A program made the position numbers and the translations under genes. 64,000 bases of DNA, taken from assembly GCA_963719515.1 (NCBI GenBank), contig CAVRCJ010000010.1, positions 576,001 to 640,000 on the forward strand, read 5' to 3'. This document shows positions 1 through 9,828 of the stretch, one piece after another. The stretch is from an uncultured cyanobacterium (GTDB lineage Bacteria; Cyanobacteriota; Cyanobacteriia; CAKZMO01). Position 1 is the stretch's first letter; each line of letters starts with the position of its first letter. A model generated the notes under the pieces. The model did no database searches and was not told where the DNA came from. It was given only the letters and a program-made list of their open reading frames with translations.

Positions 1-43
1 CGGAAGACGCTGAATGAGACGGCGGCTGTAATGGTGAAGTCAT
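1..43 (-). CDS. Possible 5' end of a gene running off the window (purF often follows purL in cyanobacteria)
   Basis: ATG at 43-41 opens MTSPLQPPSHSASS to the window edge, downstream of and co-directional with purL. Too short to identify; the identity is inferred from synteny only. Confidence 0.25.
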   Translation of the reverse strand, partial: MTSPLQPPSHSASS

Positions 44-138
44 ATCGGCATTGGTTGTAGTAGAGTACACGGCGAGTTGAGCGTGATGTCAATTCCGGCT
101 CCATTAGCGGATGCTAGATAGCCTGCTGCCCTAGGTTG

Positions 139-146
139 GCGATCGC
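139..146. repeat. HIP1 octamer GCGATCGC (first of many copies scattered through the window)
   Basis: GCGATCGC recurs dozens of times in coding and intergenic DNA. This is an established hallmark of many cyanobacterial genomes. Confidence 0.95.
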
Positions 147-285
147 TAAATAATCTATAAAGATTGAAATTTTGAGATTAAGAATTTGTTAACGCCGTAT
201 CTTCACAATACCGTAACAAAGGTCATCATAGCGAGGGGACAGGTGCTTTGTGTCGACTTTAAGGCTTATACCGAATGCTGCCTCG

Positions 286-2649
286 CTACTGGGAAGCCTG
301 AGCCATCCGCTGAGAAATAGCGCCGCGCCAGCTATTGCCCATAGCTTCCAAACTGGCGTCAACCAAGACCTTACCGTCGCTAGTGAGCAGCCGCAGCGGC
401 TCGCCTTCGATGCCGACCTGTCCAAGGCGGGTCCAGTTATTGCCCAACTGGCTGGAGAGGTAAGCTTCCCAAGCCGCTGCCTGGTTCGCCAGCACCGAGA
501 CGATAATCTTAGCGCCCCCCTCGCCAAACAGCAGGGTGTCCCAGCGTCGGTCCGTTTGGCCGCTATCGAGGGTAAGGCGGATGTCTGTGCCTCGCCCCCC
601 GCTAAGACAGCATTCCGCCAAAGCGATCGCCAGTCCCCCTTCAGCGCAGTCGTGCGCCGACTGAATCCAGCGTTGCTGAATCCCTCGGCGACAGGCTTCT
701 TGCACTGCTAGCTCGTTAGCAACATGCAGCTTGGGAGGCTGCCCCGCCACGGTGTGGTGAATGGCGGCCAAATACTCGGAGCCCCCCAACGTCAGTCCCC
801 CCGAATCGATGGGCAGCGTCAGGTCCGTTCCTAAGATATAGATAGCATCGCCCTCCTGCCGCCAACCCTGGCCCCGCATCAGGGAAATTTGCGGCAGCAG
901 GCCAACCATCCCCACAACGGGGGTAGGATAAATGGGCTGTGGTCGACCTTGAGAATCTAGGGTCTCATTATAGAGAGAGACATTGCCGCCCGTCACTGGG
1001 GTTTGAAAAGTTTGGCAGGCCTCCGACAGACCTCGACAGGCCTCAGCCAATTGCCAATAGCCCACCGGTTTTTCGGGACTGCCAAAGTTGAGGTTGTCCG
1101 TCACCGCCACAGGGTCAGCGCCAACGCAGCTGAGGTTGCGGGCCGCTTCCGCGACCGCCATTTTTGCCCCTTCGTAGGGATTGAGGTAAACGTAGCGGGC
1201 GTTGCAGTCCACCGTAGCGGCGACGCCCTTAGCCTCATCAGCGCGACTTGCGCCGCCCTCATCGCTCTGAGGCCGTATCCGCACGACGGCAGCGTCGGCG
1301 TCACCGGGAAACACCACCGTGTTGTTTTGCACTTGATGATCGTACTGGCGGTAGACCCATCGCTTGGAGGCGAGGGTGGGGGTATCGAGGAGGGCCAACA
1401 GGACAGTGGTCCAGCTCAGATGCTGGTTCCCTACCGCAATGCCATCAGCGTCAGCGGCGGGCAGCTTATCTTCCGTCCAGGCCCAGGCCTCTTGAGCATA
1501 GGCGGGTGGCTCTGCCAGCATCTCGCGGTGATAGATGGGGGTATTTTCTGACAAAGCCTTGGCGGGAATTTCAGCGGCGATCGCCCCTTGAAACAAAATT
1601 CGCACCACCGGCGCTTCGATAATGTGGCCCGCTACCACCGCCTGCAGCTCCCAACGATGAAAAATATCGATCAGCTCCTGCTCGCGCCCTGCCTCAGCAA
1701 CAAACAGCATCCGCTCTTGGGACTCAGAGAGCAGGTATTCGTAAGGAGTCATGCCGGTCTCCCGCACGGGGATGCGGTCTAGATCCAGCTCAATGCCTAC
1801 GCCTCCTTTCTCAGCGATCTCGGCGGTGGAGCAGGTGAGGCCGGCGGCTCCCATATCCTGGGCAGCCACGACAGCCCCAGTCTTGAAGGCTTCCAGGCAG
1901 GCTTCAATCAGCGATTTTTCTAAAAAAGGATCTCCCACCTGCACCGCAGGGCGATCGTCCAAGGAATTGTCGCTCAGTTCAGCGCTGGCAAAGCTAGCGC
2001 CCCCCATACCGTCTCGTCCGGTGGTCGATCCGACGTAGAGAACTGGGTTGCCGATACCGGAGGCTCCCGACTTGATAATCTCTGGGGTCTCCATCAGGCC
2101 TAGAGCCATGACGTTCACCAGTGGATTGTCGGAGTAGGCCTCATCAAAGTAGATTTCTCCTCCCACCGTAGGCACCCCAACGCAGTTGCCGTAGTGAGAG
2201 ATTCCCGCGATCACGCCGCTAAACAGCCGCCGCGATCGCCCGTCGTTGAGCGAGCCAAACCGCAGTGAGTTGAGCAGGGCCACGGGCCGCGCCCCCATAG
2301 TAAAGATATCCCGCAGGATGCCGCCAACCCCCGTCGCCGCTCCTTGAAACGGCTCCACCGCCGATGGATGGTTGTGGGACTCGATCTTGAACGCCAGGCG
2401 ATCGCCATCCCCCAGATCAATCACCCCAGCGTTCTCTCCAGGCCCCACCAAGACGCGATCGCCCGTCGTTGGAAATTGCGACAGCAGTGGGCGAGAGTTC
2501 TTGTAGCAGCAGTGCTCTGACCACATCACGCCAAACATCCCTAGCTCGGCGCGGTTGGGATGGCGACCGAGCCGCTGGACAATGTCGTCATATTCGTCGG
2601 GCTTGAGCCCTTCAGCAGCAATCTCATTCGGAGAAAATGGGGTAGACAT
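286..2649 (-). CDS. purL: Phosphoribosylformylglycinamidine synthase subunit PurL
   Basis: 787 aa with [54 protein letters not shown] and GGNVSLYNE motifs. Confidence 0.98.
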   Translation of the reverse strand: MSTPFSPNEIAAEGLKPDEYDDIVQRLGRHPNRAELGMFGVMWSEHCCYKNSRPLLSQFPTTGDRVLVGPGENAGVIDLGDGDRLAFKIESHNHPSAVEPFQGAATGVGGILRDIFTMGARPVALLNSLRFGSLNDGRSRRLFSGVIAGISHYGNCVGVPTVGGEIYFDEAYSDNPLVNVMALGLMETPEIIKSGASGIGNPVLYVGSTTGRDGMGGASFASAELSDNSLDDRPAVQVGDPFLEKSLIEACLEAFKTGAVVAAQDMGAAGLTCSTAEIAEKGGVGIELDLDRIPVRETGMTPYEYLLSESQERMLFVAEAGREQELIDIFHRWELQAVVAGHIIEAPVVRILFQGAIAAEIPAKALSENTPIYHREMLAEPPAYAQEAWAWTEDKLPAADADGIAVGNQHLSWTTVLLALLDTPTLASKRWVYRQYDHQVQNNTVVFPGDADAAVVRIRPQSDEGGASRADEAKGVAATVDCNARYVYLNPYEGAKMAVAEAARNLSCVGADPVAVTDNLNFGSPEKPVGYWQLAEACRGLSEACQTFQTPVTGGNVSLYNETLDSQGRPQPIYPTPVVGMVGLLPQISLMRGQGWRQEGDAIYILGTDLTLPIDSGGLTLGGSEYLAAIHHTVAGQPPKLHVANELAVQEACRRGIQQRWIQSAHDCAEGGLAIALAECCLSGGRGTDIRLTLDSGQTDRRWDTLLFGEGGAKIIVSVLANQAAAWEAYLSSQLGNNWTRLGQVGIEGEPLRLLTSDGKVLVDASLEAMGNSWRGAISQRMAQASQ

Positions 2650-2966
2650 GGCGATAGAGGCGGTGAGGGAACGCGGCGTTAGCAGCCCTTATTCTATCCC
2701 CTCGTGCCGTTGGGTTAGACGAATCGCAGCTGGTGTGAAACACCCTATCCAAAGCAGAAAAAAATCCGTTAGCGTATTCAGAATACTGTAGACAAAAGAG
2801 CACTTACGTGGCTATTGTGCAAATAGTTCGCTAGAGTGACGTTCCGTCAGCGCGTAACTCCGTAAAGTGTTCACATCGAAAAAGTTTTCACGCCGAAACT
2901 GATGAATTCAGGAATTGCTGATCTAACCGCTGAAGCAAGAGTGACTACTGTTTGACGGGGTATCCT

Positions 2967-3182
2967 ATGGCTGACTTCCACATCGATTTAGAGGCTCAAA
3001 TCCGCCACGCGCTCGATGTCGGTGAGGTCTCTCCAGCACTGGAGCGGTACCTGGTTTTGGCGAACCCCTGTACCGACCGCGAGCAAAAACTGCTGCAGCT
3101 GCTGCAGGATGCCGTTCAGAGCGGTCACGTGCGGCGGCTACCGAGAGCTCCCTCAGCTATGAATTGTCTAGGGAGCCGCTAG
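2967..3182 (+). CDS. Small hypothetical protein (71 aa)
   Basis: ATG at 2967 in the ORF-track frame. Helical sequence (EQKLLQLLQDAVQSGHVRR) fills the gap between purL and nth, and the stop overlaps the nth stop. Confidence 0.65.
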   Translation: MADFHIDLEAQIRHALDVGEVSPALERYLVLANPCTDREQKLLQLLQDAVQSGHVRRLPRAPSAMNCLGSR

Positions 3183-3850
3183 CCACGGCTTGATGCCTTA
3201 GTCTCGGCAGAGGGACAAAGATCACACAGCGCACAGCGATCGCAGGCGGGTTTACGGGCGTCGCACACCGCTCGTCCGTGATAGATCAGGCGGATAGACC
3301 AGTTCTCCCAGTCGGGCTGGGGCAGCAGCGGCATCAGGTCCCGCTCAATCTTAATCGGTGACTCGTGCTGAGTCAGCCCCAGCCGGTTACTCAGCCGCCT
3401 CACATGGGTATCGACCGTAACTCCCGCATTGACGCCGTAGGCGTGAGCCAGCACAACGTTAGCGGTCTTCCTGGCCACGCCAGGAAGGGTGAGCAGCTCC
3501 TCCATGGTTTTGGGCACCTCTCCCCCATATGCCTCCATAATGCGGCGGCAAGCCCCTTGAATGTTTTTGGATTTGTTGCGGAAAAACCCCGCGGAGCGCA
3601 CCATGGCCTCTAGCTCTGGTAGCTCAGCGGCAGCGAGGGCAGCGGCATCGGGGTAGCGAGAAAACAGAGCCGGGGTCACTTTATTGACCCGCTCGTCGGT
3701 ACATTGGGCCGACAGAATCGTCGCCACTAAAAGCTGCACTGGAGTCTCGTAGTCTAAAGAGCAGGGAGCCTCAGGGTACAGCGTCTTGAGGCGCGCCAAA
3801 ATCTCTAGCGCCCGCTGCTGTAGGGTGTGCTGGTGGGGTAAAGCTGTCAT
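3179..3850 (-). CDS. nth: Endonuclease III
   Basis: LLVATILSAQCTDERVN, HhH LPGVARKTANVV, VDTHV, and C-terminal 4Fe-4S motif CDARKPACDRCALCDLC. Confidence 0.97.
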   Translation of the reverse strand: MTALPHQHTLQQRALEILARLKTLYPEAPCSLDYETPVQLLVATILSAQCTDERVNKVTPALFSRYPDAAALAAAELPELEAMVRSAGFFRNKSKNIQGACRRIMEAYGGEVPKTMEELLTLPGVARKTANVVLAHAYGVNAGVTVDTHVRRLSNRLGLTQHESPIKIERDLMPLLPQPDWENWSIRLIYHGRAVCDARKPACDRCALCDLCPSAETKASSRG

Positions 3851-3876
3851 AACCCGCAGAAAAGGGACGGTACCTC

Positions 3877-3912
3877 AAAAGCAAGCGCTAGTCTCGAAAA
3901 ACTAGCGCTTGC
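3877..3912 (-). terminator. Intrinsic terminator or stem-loop after rseP
   Basis: Perfect 12-bp stem GCAAGCGCTAGT (3881-3892) / ACTAGCGCTTGC (3901-3912) with an 8-nt loop, followed by TTTT on the minus strand. Confidence 0.7.
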
Positions 3913-3921
3913 CTATCACAG

Positions 3922-5043
3922 CTATCGAAACAGCTTCTGAACCACATCGAGTTGGGTCGTGTCTCTCACGATCAAAAAGAGCCCTAAACCCAACAGCAGC
4001 AGCAGGCCCGTCTGCATGACGTTCTCTTGGAGCCGCTCGGGAAGCGGGCGACCGCGCACCCCTTCCACCAGCAAGAAGGCGAGCTGGCCGCCATCGAGGG
4101 CGGGTAAAGGCAGAATATTGATGATGGCGAGGTTGATGCTGATGATGGCGGCAAACGGAAACAGGCGAGAGGCATCGCGCTGAGCAAACTGGGCCCCCTG
4201 TTCCACGATCTTGACGGGGCCTGCCACCTGGTCTGCCACTTCCGAGAAGTTAGTGACGATAGAGGCTAATCCCTGAGCGGTTTGAACCAGCGTACTTTGA
4301 AACTCATTGGCCGCATAGCCCAACACCTCACCCGCCCCCTCGGGGCGGCGGTATTCGAGGGTGCCGTTGGGCGTTAGCCCAACGCCCACAATGGCCTTAT
4401 CTTGCTTTTGACTCTGCAGCGGCGTCATTTCCACATCCAGGGTGCGCTCGCCTCGCTGCATCGTAAAGGTCATGGGTTGATTCGGGCTCTCCTGAATCCT
4501 GTTCATCAAGGTTCGGGTGGCCTCTTCCCCTTCCCCAAGAGACTTCCCGTTGATGGCTAGGAAAATGTCGCCTTGCTTGATCCCAGCCTGCAGCGCCGGA
4601 GACTTAACGGTTTGTCCCTCGGGGGTAACGACCTCCGTCTGGATGCGGGGAACCAGGACGCCGGGTTCGTAGTTTAAGCTCTCAGGAATACCAACGCTCG
4701 TGAACTGAACCACAAACACCAAATAGGCAAAGACGAGGTTGGCAATCACGCCCGCGCTGATGACGATCGCCCGGTCAAGGATGGGACGGTTTTTGAGCAG
4801 ATCTCTGTCGCTGGGCGGAATCGTGCTCTCAGGGTCGTCATCTGGAAACCCAACGAAGCCACCCAGCGGGAACGCCCGCAGGGCATATTCGGTTGTCGCC
4901 CCCTGATAGCTCCACAAAACAGGGCCAAACCCAATTGAGAACCGATTAACGTGGATACCCTGCAGGCGGGCTGCCGCAAAGTGCCCCAGCTCGTGAACAA
5001 TGATCAAAAGCGCAAGAACTGCGATCGCCGCTAAGACAGACAT
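3922..5043 (-). CDS. rseP: RIP (site-2) metalloprotease RseP with PDZ domain
   Basis: HELGH zinc motif, FSIGFGP, PLGGFV and NILPLPALDGG motifs. Confidence 0.96.
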   Translation of the reverse strand: MSVLAAIAVLALLIIVHELGHFAAARLQGIHVNRFSIGFGPVLWSYQGATTEYALRAFPLGGFVGFPDDDPESTIPPSDRDLLKNRPILDRAIVISAGVIANLVFAYLVFVVQFTSVGIPESLNYEPGVLVPRIQTEVVTPEGQTVKSPALQAGIKQGDIFLAINGKSLGEGEEATRTLMNRIQESPNQPMTFTMQRGERTLDVEMTPLQSQKQDKAIVGVGLTPNGTLEYRRPEGAGEVLGYAANEFQSTLVQTAQGLASIVTNFSEVADQVAGPVKIVEQGAQFAQRDASRLFPFAAIISINLAIINILPLPALDGGQLAFLLVEGVRGRPLPERLQENVMQTGLLLLLGLGLFLIVRDTTQLDVVQKLFR

Positions 5044-5149
5044 AGCTGGTTTTGTCGTAAATATTACTCAATCTATTCATTCTAGCGGTCGCCCTAGCTT
5101 CCGGGGACGGTTGACCACCGCAAAGTCCGAAATCCCGCAGGCTATGCCC

Positions 5150-5425
5150 TCAATCCTCTAGGGGAATAGCGGTGACGTTGATGGTTGTCGTTGCCGCTTG
5201 ATCCTCATCGTCAAGGGTATGAGCTCCCTCAGCTGACGCCGTATTTTGCCCCAACAGCAGCCGAAAGACTTGTGACATCAAAAACGCCAGCACAACGAAA
5301 TCGTCGATCTGTCCTAAAATGGGCACAAAATCAGGGGATAGATCAAACGGGCTAACGACGTAGAGCAGACTAACTAGAAGGATGAGCCAGCGGTAGCTAG
5401 GAGATTGGAGCCAGCGGCGTTTCAT
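5150..5425 (-). CDS. YkvA/DUF1232 family membrane protein
   Basis: LYVVSPFDLSPDFVPILGQIDD signature. Start taken at the ATG at 5425 (MKRRWLQ). Confidence 0.85.
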   Translation of the reverse strand: MKRRWLQSPSYRWLILLVSLLYVVSPFDLSPDFVPILGQIDDFVVLAFLMSQVFRLLLGQNTASAEGAHTLDDEDQAATTTINVTAIPLED

Positions 5426-5780
5426 GGTGAATGGCGTTGGAGGGTATAGCGGTGAGACGCCGGGGTTGCCGCTATACGCAATGCGGCATCTTTGAAAGGG
5501 GCATCTCCCCATCTTTCACTATAGGATTAGTTTCACCAGTAGGATTAGCTTGCTCGGTTGGAGGTCTGTTGGGCTGTGCGCGCTGGGTTGTGTGCGCCGA
5601 GTTGAGTTCACCGAGACTATGCGCCAGAAAACACATACGGCGCAAGACACATTCAACGACTGTCCCGACGGGGATACGATGGGGCTGGAAAGCGATTAAG
5701 ATTCATATGGTTGTGGTGGTTGCGGCTTAACCATGACCGACGTCGAGTGATTGGCTAGCACGGTTAACAGGAGGTGGCGG

Positions 5781-6563
5781 GTGAATATTGGGGAGCTATT
5801 TGTAAAAGGCGGGCCGGCAATGTGGCCTCTCTTGCTGCTGTCGGTTTTAGCAGTGAGCACGGTAATCGAGCGCGTATGGTTTTGGTCTAAGATCTTGACC
5901 CGTGAGCGCGAAATTGTGGGAAGAACGCTGGAAGCGGCCAGTCGCGATTGGCAATCCGCCAGAGATATCTCGCGGCGATCGCTCAAGCTACCGATTGGAC
6001 GCTTTTTGAACTCTGGCTTAGATCTTCAGGACCCTGACCCAGAGGTCTTTCAGCTGGCGCTACAGACTTCTGCCGACGAAGAGCTGGCCGCCATGCGTCG
6101 GGGAGACAAAATCCTAGAAACCGTGATTGCCCTGTCGCCGCTGCTAGGTCTTTTGGGAACAGTGTTAGGTCTGATCAATTCTCTGGGCGCTATTCGCATC
6201 GGCGACATTGTTTCAGGGTCCAACGTTGAAGTAACTCTCGGAATTTCAGAGGCGTTGGTCAGCACCGCCTTTGGCCTAATTGTGGCGATTGTAAGTCTTG
6301 CGTTCTACCGCATCTTTCAGGGACTAATCACGGGACAAGTTAAGGTGTTTCGGCGGGCGGCCAACGAGCTAGAGCTGCTTTATCGAAAAAACTGGTCCCG
6401 TCAGCAGCGCTACGGCACTGTCTCCGGCGGCATATCCTCAAAATCCGGGGCACGCCCTGTCCCTGACGCGACCGTGACAGATGCCTCCAGCACAGGCCCG
6501 TCCAGCGCCAACGCTCCCAGCACATCGACTTCAAAGCCCCCAACCCCCAATCCTTCGACCTAG
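5781..6563 (+). CDS. exbB: MotA/TolQ/ExbB proton channel family protein
   Basis: KGGPAMWPLL, SPLLGLLGTVLGLI and GISEALVSTAFGL motifs. GTG at 5781 is preceded by AGGAGG. Confidence 0.92.
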   Translation: MNIGELFVKGGPAMWPLLLLSVLAVSTVIERVWFWSKILTREREIVGRTLEAASRDWQSARDISRRSLKLPIGRFLNSGLDLQDPDPEVFQLALQTSADEELAAMRRGDKILETVIALSPLLGLLGTVLGLINSLGAIRIGDIVSGSNVEVTLGISEALVSTAFGLIVAIVSLAFYRIFQGLITGQVKVFRRAANELELLYRKNWSRQQRYGTVSGGISSKSGARPVPDATVTDASSTGPSSANAPSTSTSKPPTPNPST

Positions 6564-6624
6564 ATCAGCCTACGCCCTGACTGCCAGATTCCCCTACCGC
6601 CGCTAGATATAGCCGCCAGACGCG

Positions 6625-7188
6625 ATGAGAACTAACTGGGATACCCCATCAGAAGACGTCCGAATTGAAATTCTGCCGCTAATCGACGTCATCTTTTGCA
6701 TTTTGACCTTCTTTATCCTGGCGGCTGTGACGCTGACGCGCCAGTCGACCATTGGCGTCGATTTGCCCCAGGCCCAGACCGGAACGACGCAGATGCGGGA
6801 GATGCTGATCGTCAGCGTTGACCCTATCGGACAGCTGTATTTGGAGCAAGATCCAATCAGCGAGGCAGAGCTGACCCAGGCTTTAAGCGACTATTTATCG
6901 CTGACTCCGGAGGGCATCGTGGTGCTGTACGCCTCTCGGCTGGCCCAGTATAACGACGTGGTTGAGGTGTTGGATCTGCTGCGCTCGATTGGCGGTGAGC
7001 GCATTGCCCTGGCAACCCTGCCGGAGACCGGGCAGCCCACTTCTGCTGAGACTGGACTGCCTGACATCGAGACGTTTGACCTGGATTTAGATTTGGACAC
7101 CGAAGGGCTAGACCTACCCGAGCTGCCCGGCGGTGATGTGGAGGGCAATGCTGGAAGCGAGCAGAATGCAGGTCAGCCGCCGCAATAG
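6625..7188 (+). CDS. exbD: Biopolymer transport protein ExbD/TolR
   Basis: IEILPLIDVIFCILTFFI transmembrane motif with the conserved Asp, plus VDLP; directly follows exbB. Confidence 0.92.
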   Translation: MRTNWDTPSEDVRIEILPLIDVIFCILTFFILAAVTLTRQSTIGVDLPQAQTGTTQMREMLIVSVDPIGQLYLEQDPISEAELTQALSDYLSLTPEGIVVLYASRLAQYNDVVEVLDLLRSIGGERIALATLPETGQPTSAETGLPDIETFDLDLDLDTEGLDLPELPGGDVEGNAGSEQNAGQPPQ

Positions 7189-7228
7189 ACTAGGTTTGTA
7201 GGCCTAGCGTTTTAGGCTTTTTCAAAGC

Positions 7229-8014
7229 TCAAGCGGTTTTGAAAAAGCGAATAATTTCGCGGACCCGGTCAAGAAACTGACTGTCTTCATTGAGCTGGGC
7301 AATGGCGCTGCGAGCCTCGGCAGCGATATGCTCGTGGGATTGGGCGTTCGTAGCTTTCAGATGCTCATGGGCGGCGGTAAGTTGAGCGATATCTTGCTGG
7401 AGACGCTCCAGGCTGCGCTGCTGCCTGGACACCCATGAGCTAGCGTCCTCTGGGTCAAGCTGCAGCGCTATGGTCTCTTGCCGGTGGCTCAGCGTCTGGA
7501 CCTGGTGTCGCAGCTCGACGACGTCTTCGCGAGGGTAGGTCAGCCCTTTGCCAATGCTGGTCAGGCGCTGCATCAGGTATCGATACGAGGCGATCGCTGG
7601 CCGTAACCCCGTTAAAAGTATTGCGACAGCCGAGCTCAGATAGCCGATAGCACTCACCCCTGTGGCCGAGAGAAGATAGAGGGCGATCGCCGAGGCAAGA
7701 TGCAGGCCCAGAGCTGTGATCAGCACCCGCCGCTGAACTTTGTTCACGTAGTCACAGGCGCGCTCGTCTACTTCGATATCTCTTTGGCGAGAAATTTCGG
7801 CCTCTGTCAGCACGGCTCTAGCGCTGAAATAGAGGTTCCAAGGAACGGTGGTGATGACAATTAGCCACCAAAAGCTAACTGCTGCAATAAGCCAATCAAA
7901 AAAGTTTCCCGTCGGAACATTTAGCAGGTTTAAAAGGCCAAAGGTTAAAAGGGCGAGCAGGGTCCAAACAACCGTAAATCCCGTAAATCCGGAAACTTCT
8001 CGCGCTAAATTCAT
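7229..8014 (-). CDS. Hypothetical membrane protein with C-terminal coiled coil
   Basis: Several hydrophobic segments followed by a heptad-rich tail (ERLQQDIAQLTAAHEHLK). Probable start is the ATG at 8014 (MNLAREV); the longer ORF-track start overlaps the amt leader. Confidence 0.75.
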   Translation of the reverse strand: MNLAREVSGFTGFTVVWTLLALLTFGLLNLLNVPTGNFFDWLIAAVSFWWLIVITTVPWNLYFSARAVLTEAEISRQRDIEVDERACDYVNKVQRRVLITALGLHLASAIALYLLSATGVSAIGYLSSAVAILLTGLRPAIASYRYLMQRLTSIGKGLTYPREDVVELRHQVQTLSHRQETIALQLDPEDASSWVSRQQRSLERLQQDIAQLTAAHEHLKATNAQSHEHIAAEARSAIAQLNEDSQFLDRVREIIRFFKTA

Positions 8015-8336
8015 CGTGTTTTTCCTCATCCAATGACCCAGTTCTAATCGCTTTAGCTTGATGGTTGAGAGGCCCTTGTGCAGGTTGAGACTTTGGGAGC
8101 CGTGACCGGACGCAGACCCGCATGAGGGCGGGCTAGAATCATTGCAGACCGGCGACGGACCATAGAGCGGCCGTTTCGCCAAATTAAGCTCGTTTTTGAG
8201 TTTGGAGAAGCCTGGAGAAAAACTCCGGAAACCTGCTCCGGGCTTAGAGTAATGCTTCAAGCAGCTCACCAGAAGCTGTTTGCAAACCTTGTATCGCAAG
8301 TCAGGCCTCTTCTTTAGGTTTTTAAAGCTCACTACT

Positions 8337-9788
8337 ATGGTTCAACCTGTTTCGAGACGGGGTCTCAAGCCTCCAAGCCGCGCCAAAGCGTCAGCGGCAG
8401 TCTGGCCTCCCTCACAAAAAGTATTGGGGGCGATCGCCCGCACCGTTTCAAAGTCCTCCTGGCGCTGGCTCGCGACTGTTCCTCTCGTAGCTTTGATTGT
8501 TGGACTGTGGAGTCTTTCAGCGACGGCCCAAGAAGAGCCGCTCACGCCTGAATATGTGAAGGGACTGCTAGACACGATTTGGGTGACCATTGCCGCCATC
8601 TTGGTCATCTTTATGAACGCGGGATTTGGCATGCTGGAGACAGGGTTTTGCCGTCAAAAGAACGCCGTCAACATTTTGTCTAAAAACCTCATTGTGTTCG
8701 CGCTAGCGACCCTTGCATTTTGGGCCGTTGGGTTTTCCCTCATGTTTGGAAATGGGGGAGCAATTGTCGGCGGCGGCGGCTGGCTTCTATCGGGAGACGC
8801 CGGCAACTATGGTCTCGAACCCTTTCCTTCTGGGTTGCCGGTGGCGGTGTTTTTTCTGTTTCAGGCGGCCTTTGCTGGAACATCGGCCACGATTGTATCG
8901 GGAGCTGTCGCCGAGCGAATTCACTTCATGGCCTTTTTCATCTTCAGCCTGCTGCTGACGGGGCTGATCTATCCCACGGTGGGGCACTGGGTCTGGAGCA
9001 ATAACAGCTGGCTCACCGATGCCGGCTTCGTAGACTTTGCCGGTTCCACCGTTGTCCATTCCGTTGGGGGCTGGGCCGCTTTGGTGGGGGCTATTGTCCT
9101 AGGGCCCCGCATTGGTAAATATCAAGACAACCAGCCCATCGCGCTGCCGGGGCATAATCTTAGTCTGGCCATGTTGGGGGGACTCATTCTTTGGGTGGGC
9201 TGGTTTGGCTTCAACCCGGGATCAGAGCTCGCCGCGACTGAAAACGTTCCCTACATTGCCGTAGTCACCAATCTGGCCGCTGCCGCTGGCGGACTAGCCG
9301 CCACTGTCACCTCTTGGATGATGTTTGGTAAACCCGATCTATCGATGTCCATCAACGGCGTGCTGGCAGGCCTGGTTGCCATCACTGCCGGTTGCGCCGG
9401 AGCCTCGTTTTTAGGCGCGGTGAGCATCGGTACTGTCGGCGGCATCGTCGTCGTATTTTCAGTGCTGTTTTTTGACAACATCAAAGTTGATGACCCCGTA
9501 GGCGCACTTTCCGTTCACCTGGTCAACGGCATTTGGGGCACCATAGCGGTAGGCCTATTTGACACTGAGGCTGGCCTATTCTACGGCGGCGGCGTCAATC
9601 AGCTCTTTGCTCAGATTCTGGGCATCATAGCCGTAGGCCTATTTGTGTCGGCGATGTCTGCTGCTATCTGGGTTGCCTTAAACCTTACCCTTGGCATCCG
9701 AGTCTCCAAAGAAGATGAACTCCTCGGCCTCAGCATTGCCGAACACGGCATGGAAGCTTACACCGGCTTTGTCCCAGAGGAAGACTAG
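8337..9788 (+). CDS. amt: Ammonium transporter (Amt family)
   Basis: [34 protein letters not shown] and [10 protein letters not shown] motifs. ATG at 8337. Confidence 0.96.
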   Translation: MVQPVSRRGLKPPSRAKASAAVWPPSQKVLGAIARTVSKSSWRWLATVPLVALIVGLWSLSATAQEEPLTPEYVKGLLDTIWVTIAAILVIFMNAGFGMLETGFCRQKNAVNILSKNLIVFALATLAFWAVGFSLMFGNGGAIVGGGGWLLSGDAGNYGLEPFPSGLPVAVFFLFQAAFAGTSATIVSGAVAERIHFMAFFIFSLLLTGLIYPTVGHWVWSNNSWLTDAGFVDFAGSTVVHSVGGWAALVGAIVLGPRIGKYQDNQPIALPGHNLSLAMLGGLILWVGWFGFNPGSELAATENVPYIAVVTNLAAAAGGLAATVTSWMMFGKPDLSMSINGVLAGLVAITAGCAGASFLGAVSIGTVGGIVVVFSVLFFDNIKVDDPVGALSVHLVNGIWGTIAVGLFDTEAGLFYGGGVNQLFAQILGIIAVGLFVSAMSAAIWVALNLTLGIRVSKEDELLGLSIAEHGMEAYTGFVPEED

Positions 9789-9828
9789 CGCGCCGGTCTG
9801 ATGCCGCACCGCTTCAATTTCTGGGCGC

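Noticed and set aside
250..2791. Many short ORF-track entries antisense to or overlapping purL, and similar ones over other long genes
   Set aside because: They are shadow ORFs of GC-rich coding sequence with no recognisable motifs, and they overlap well-supported genes.
8015..8336. NtcA box upstream of amt
   Set aside because: Expected from known regulation, but no GTA-N8-TAC match was found in this interval.
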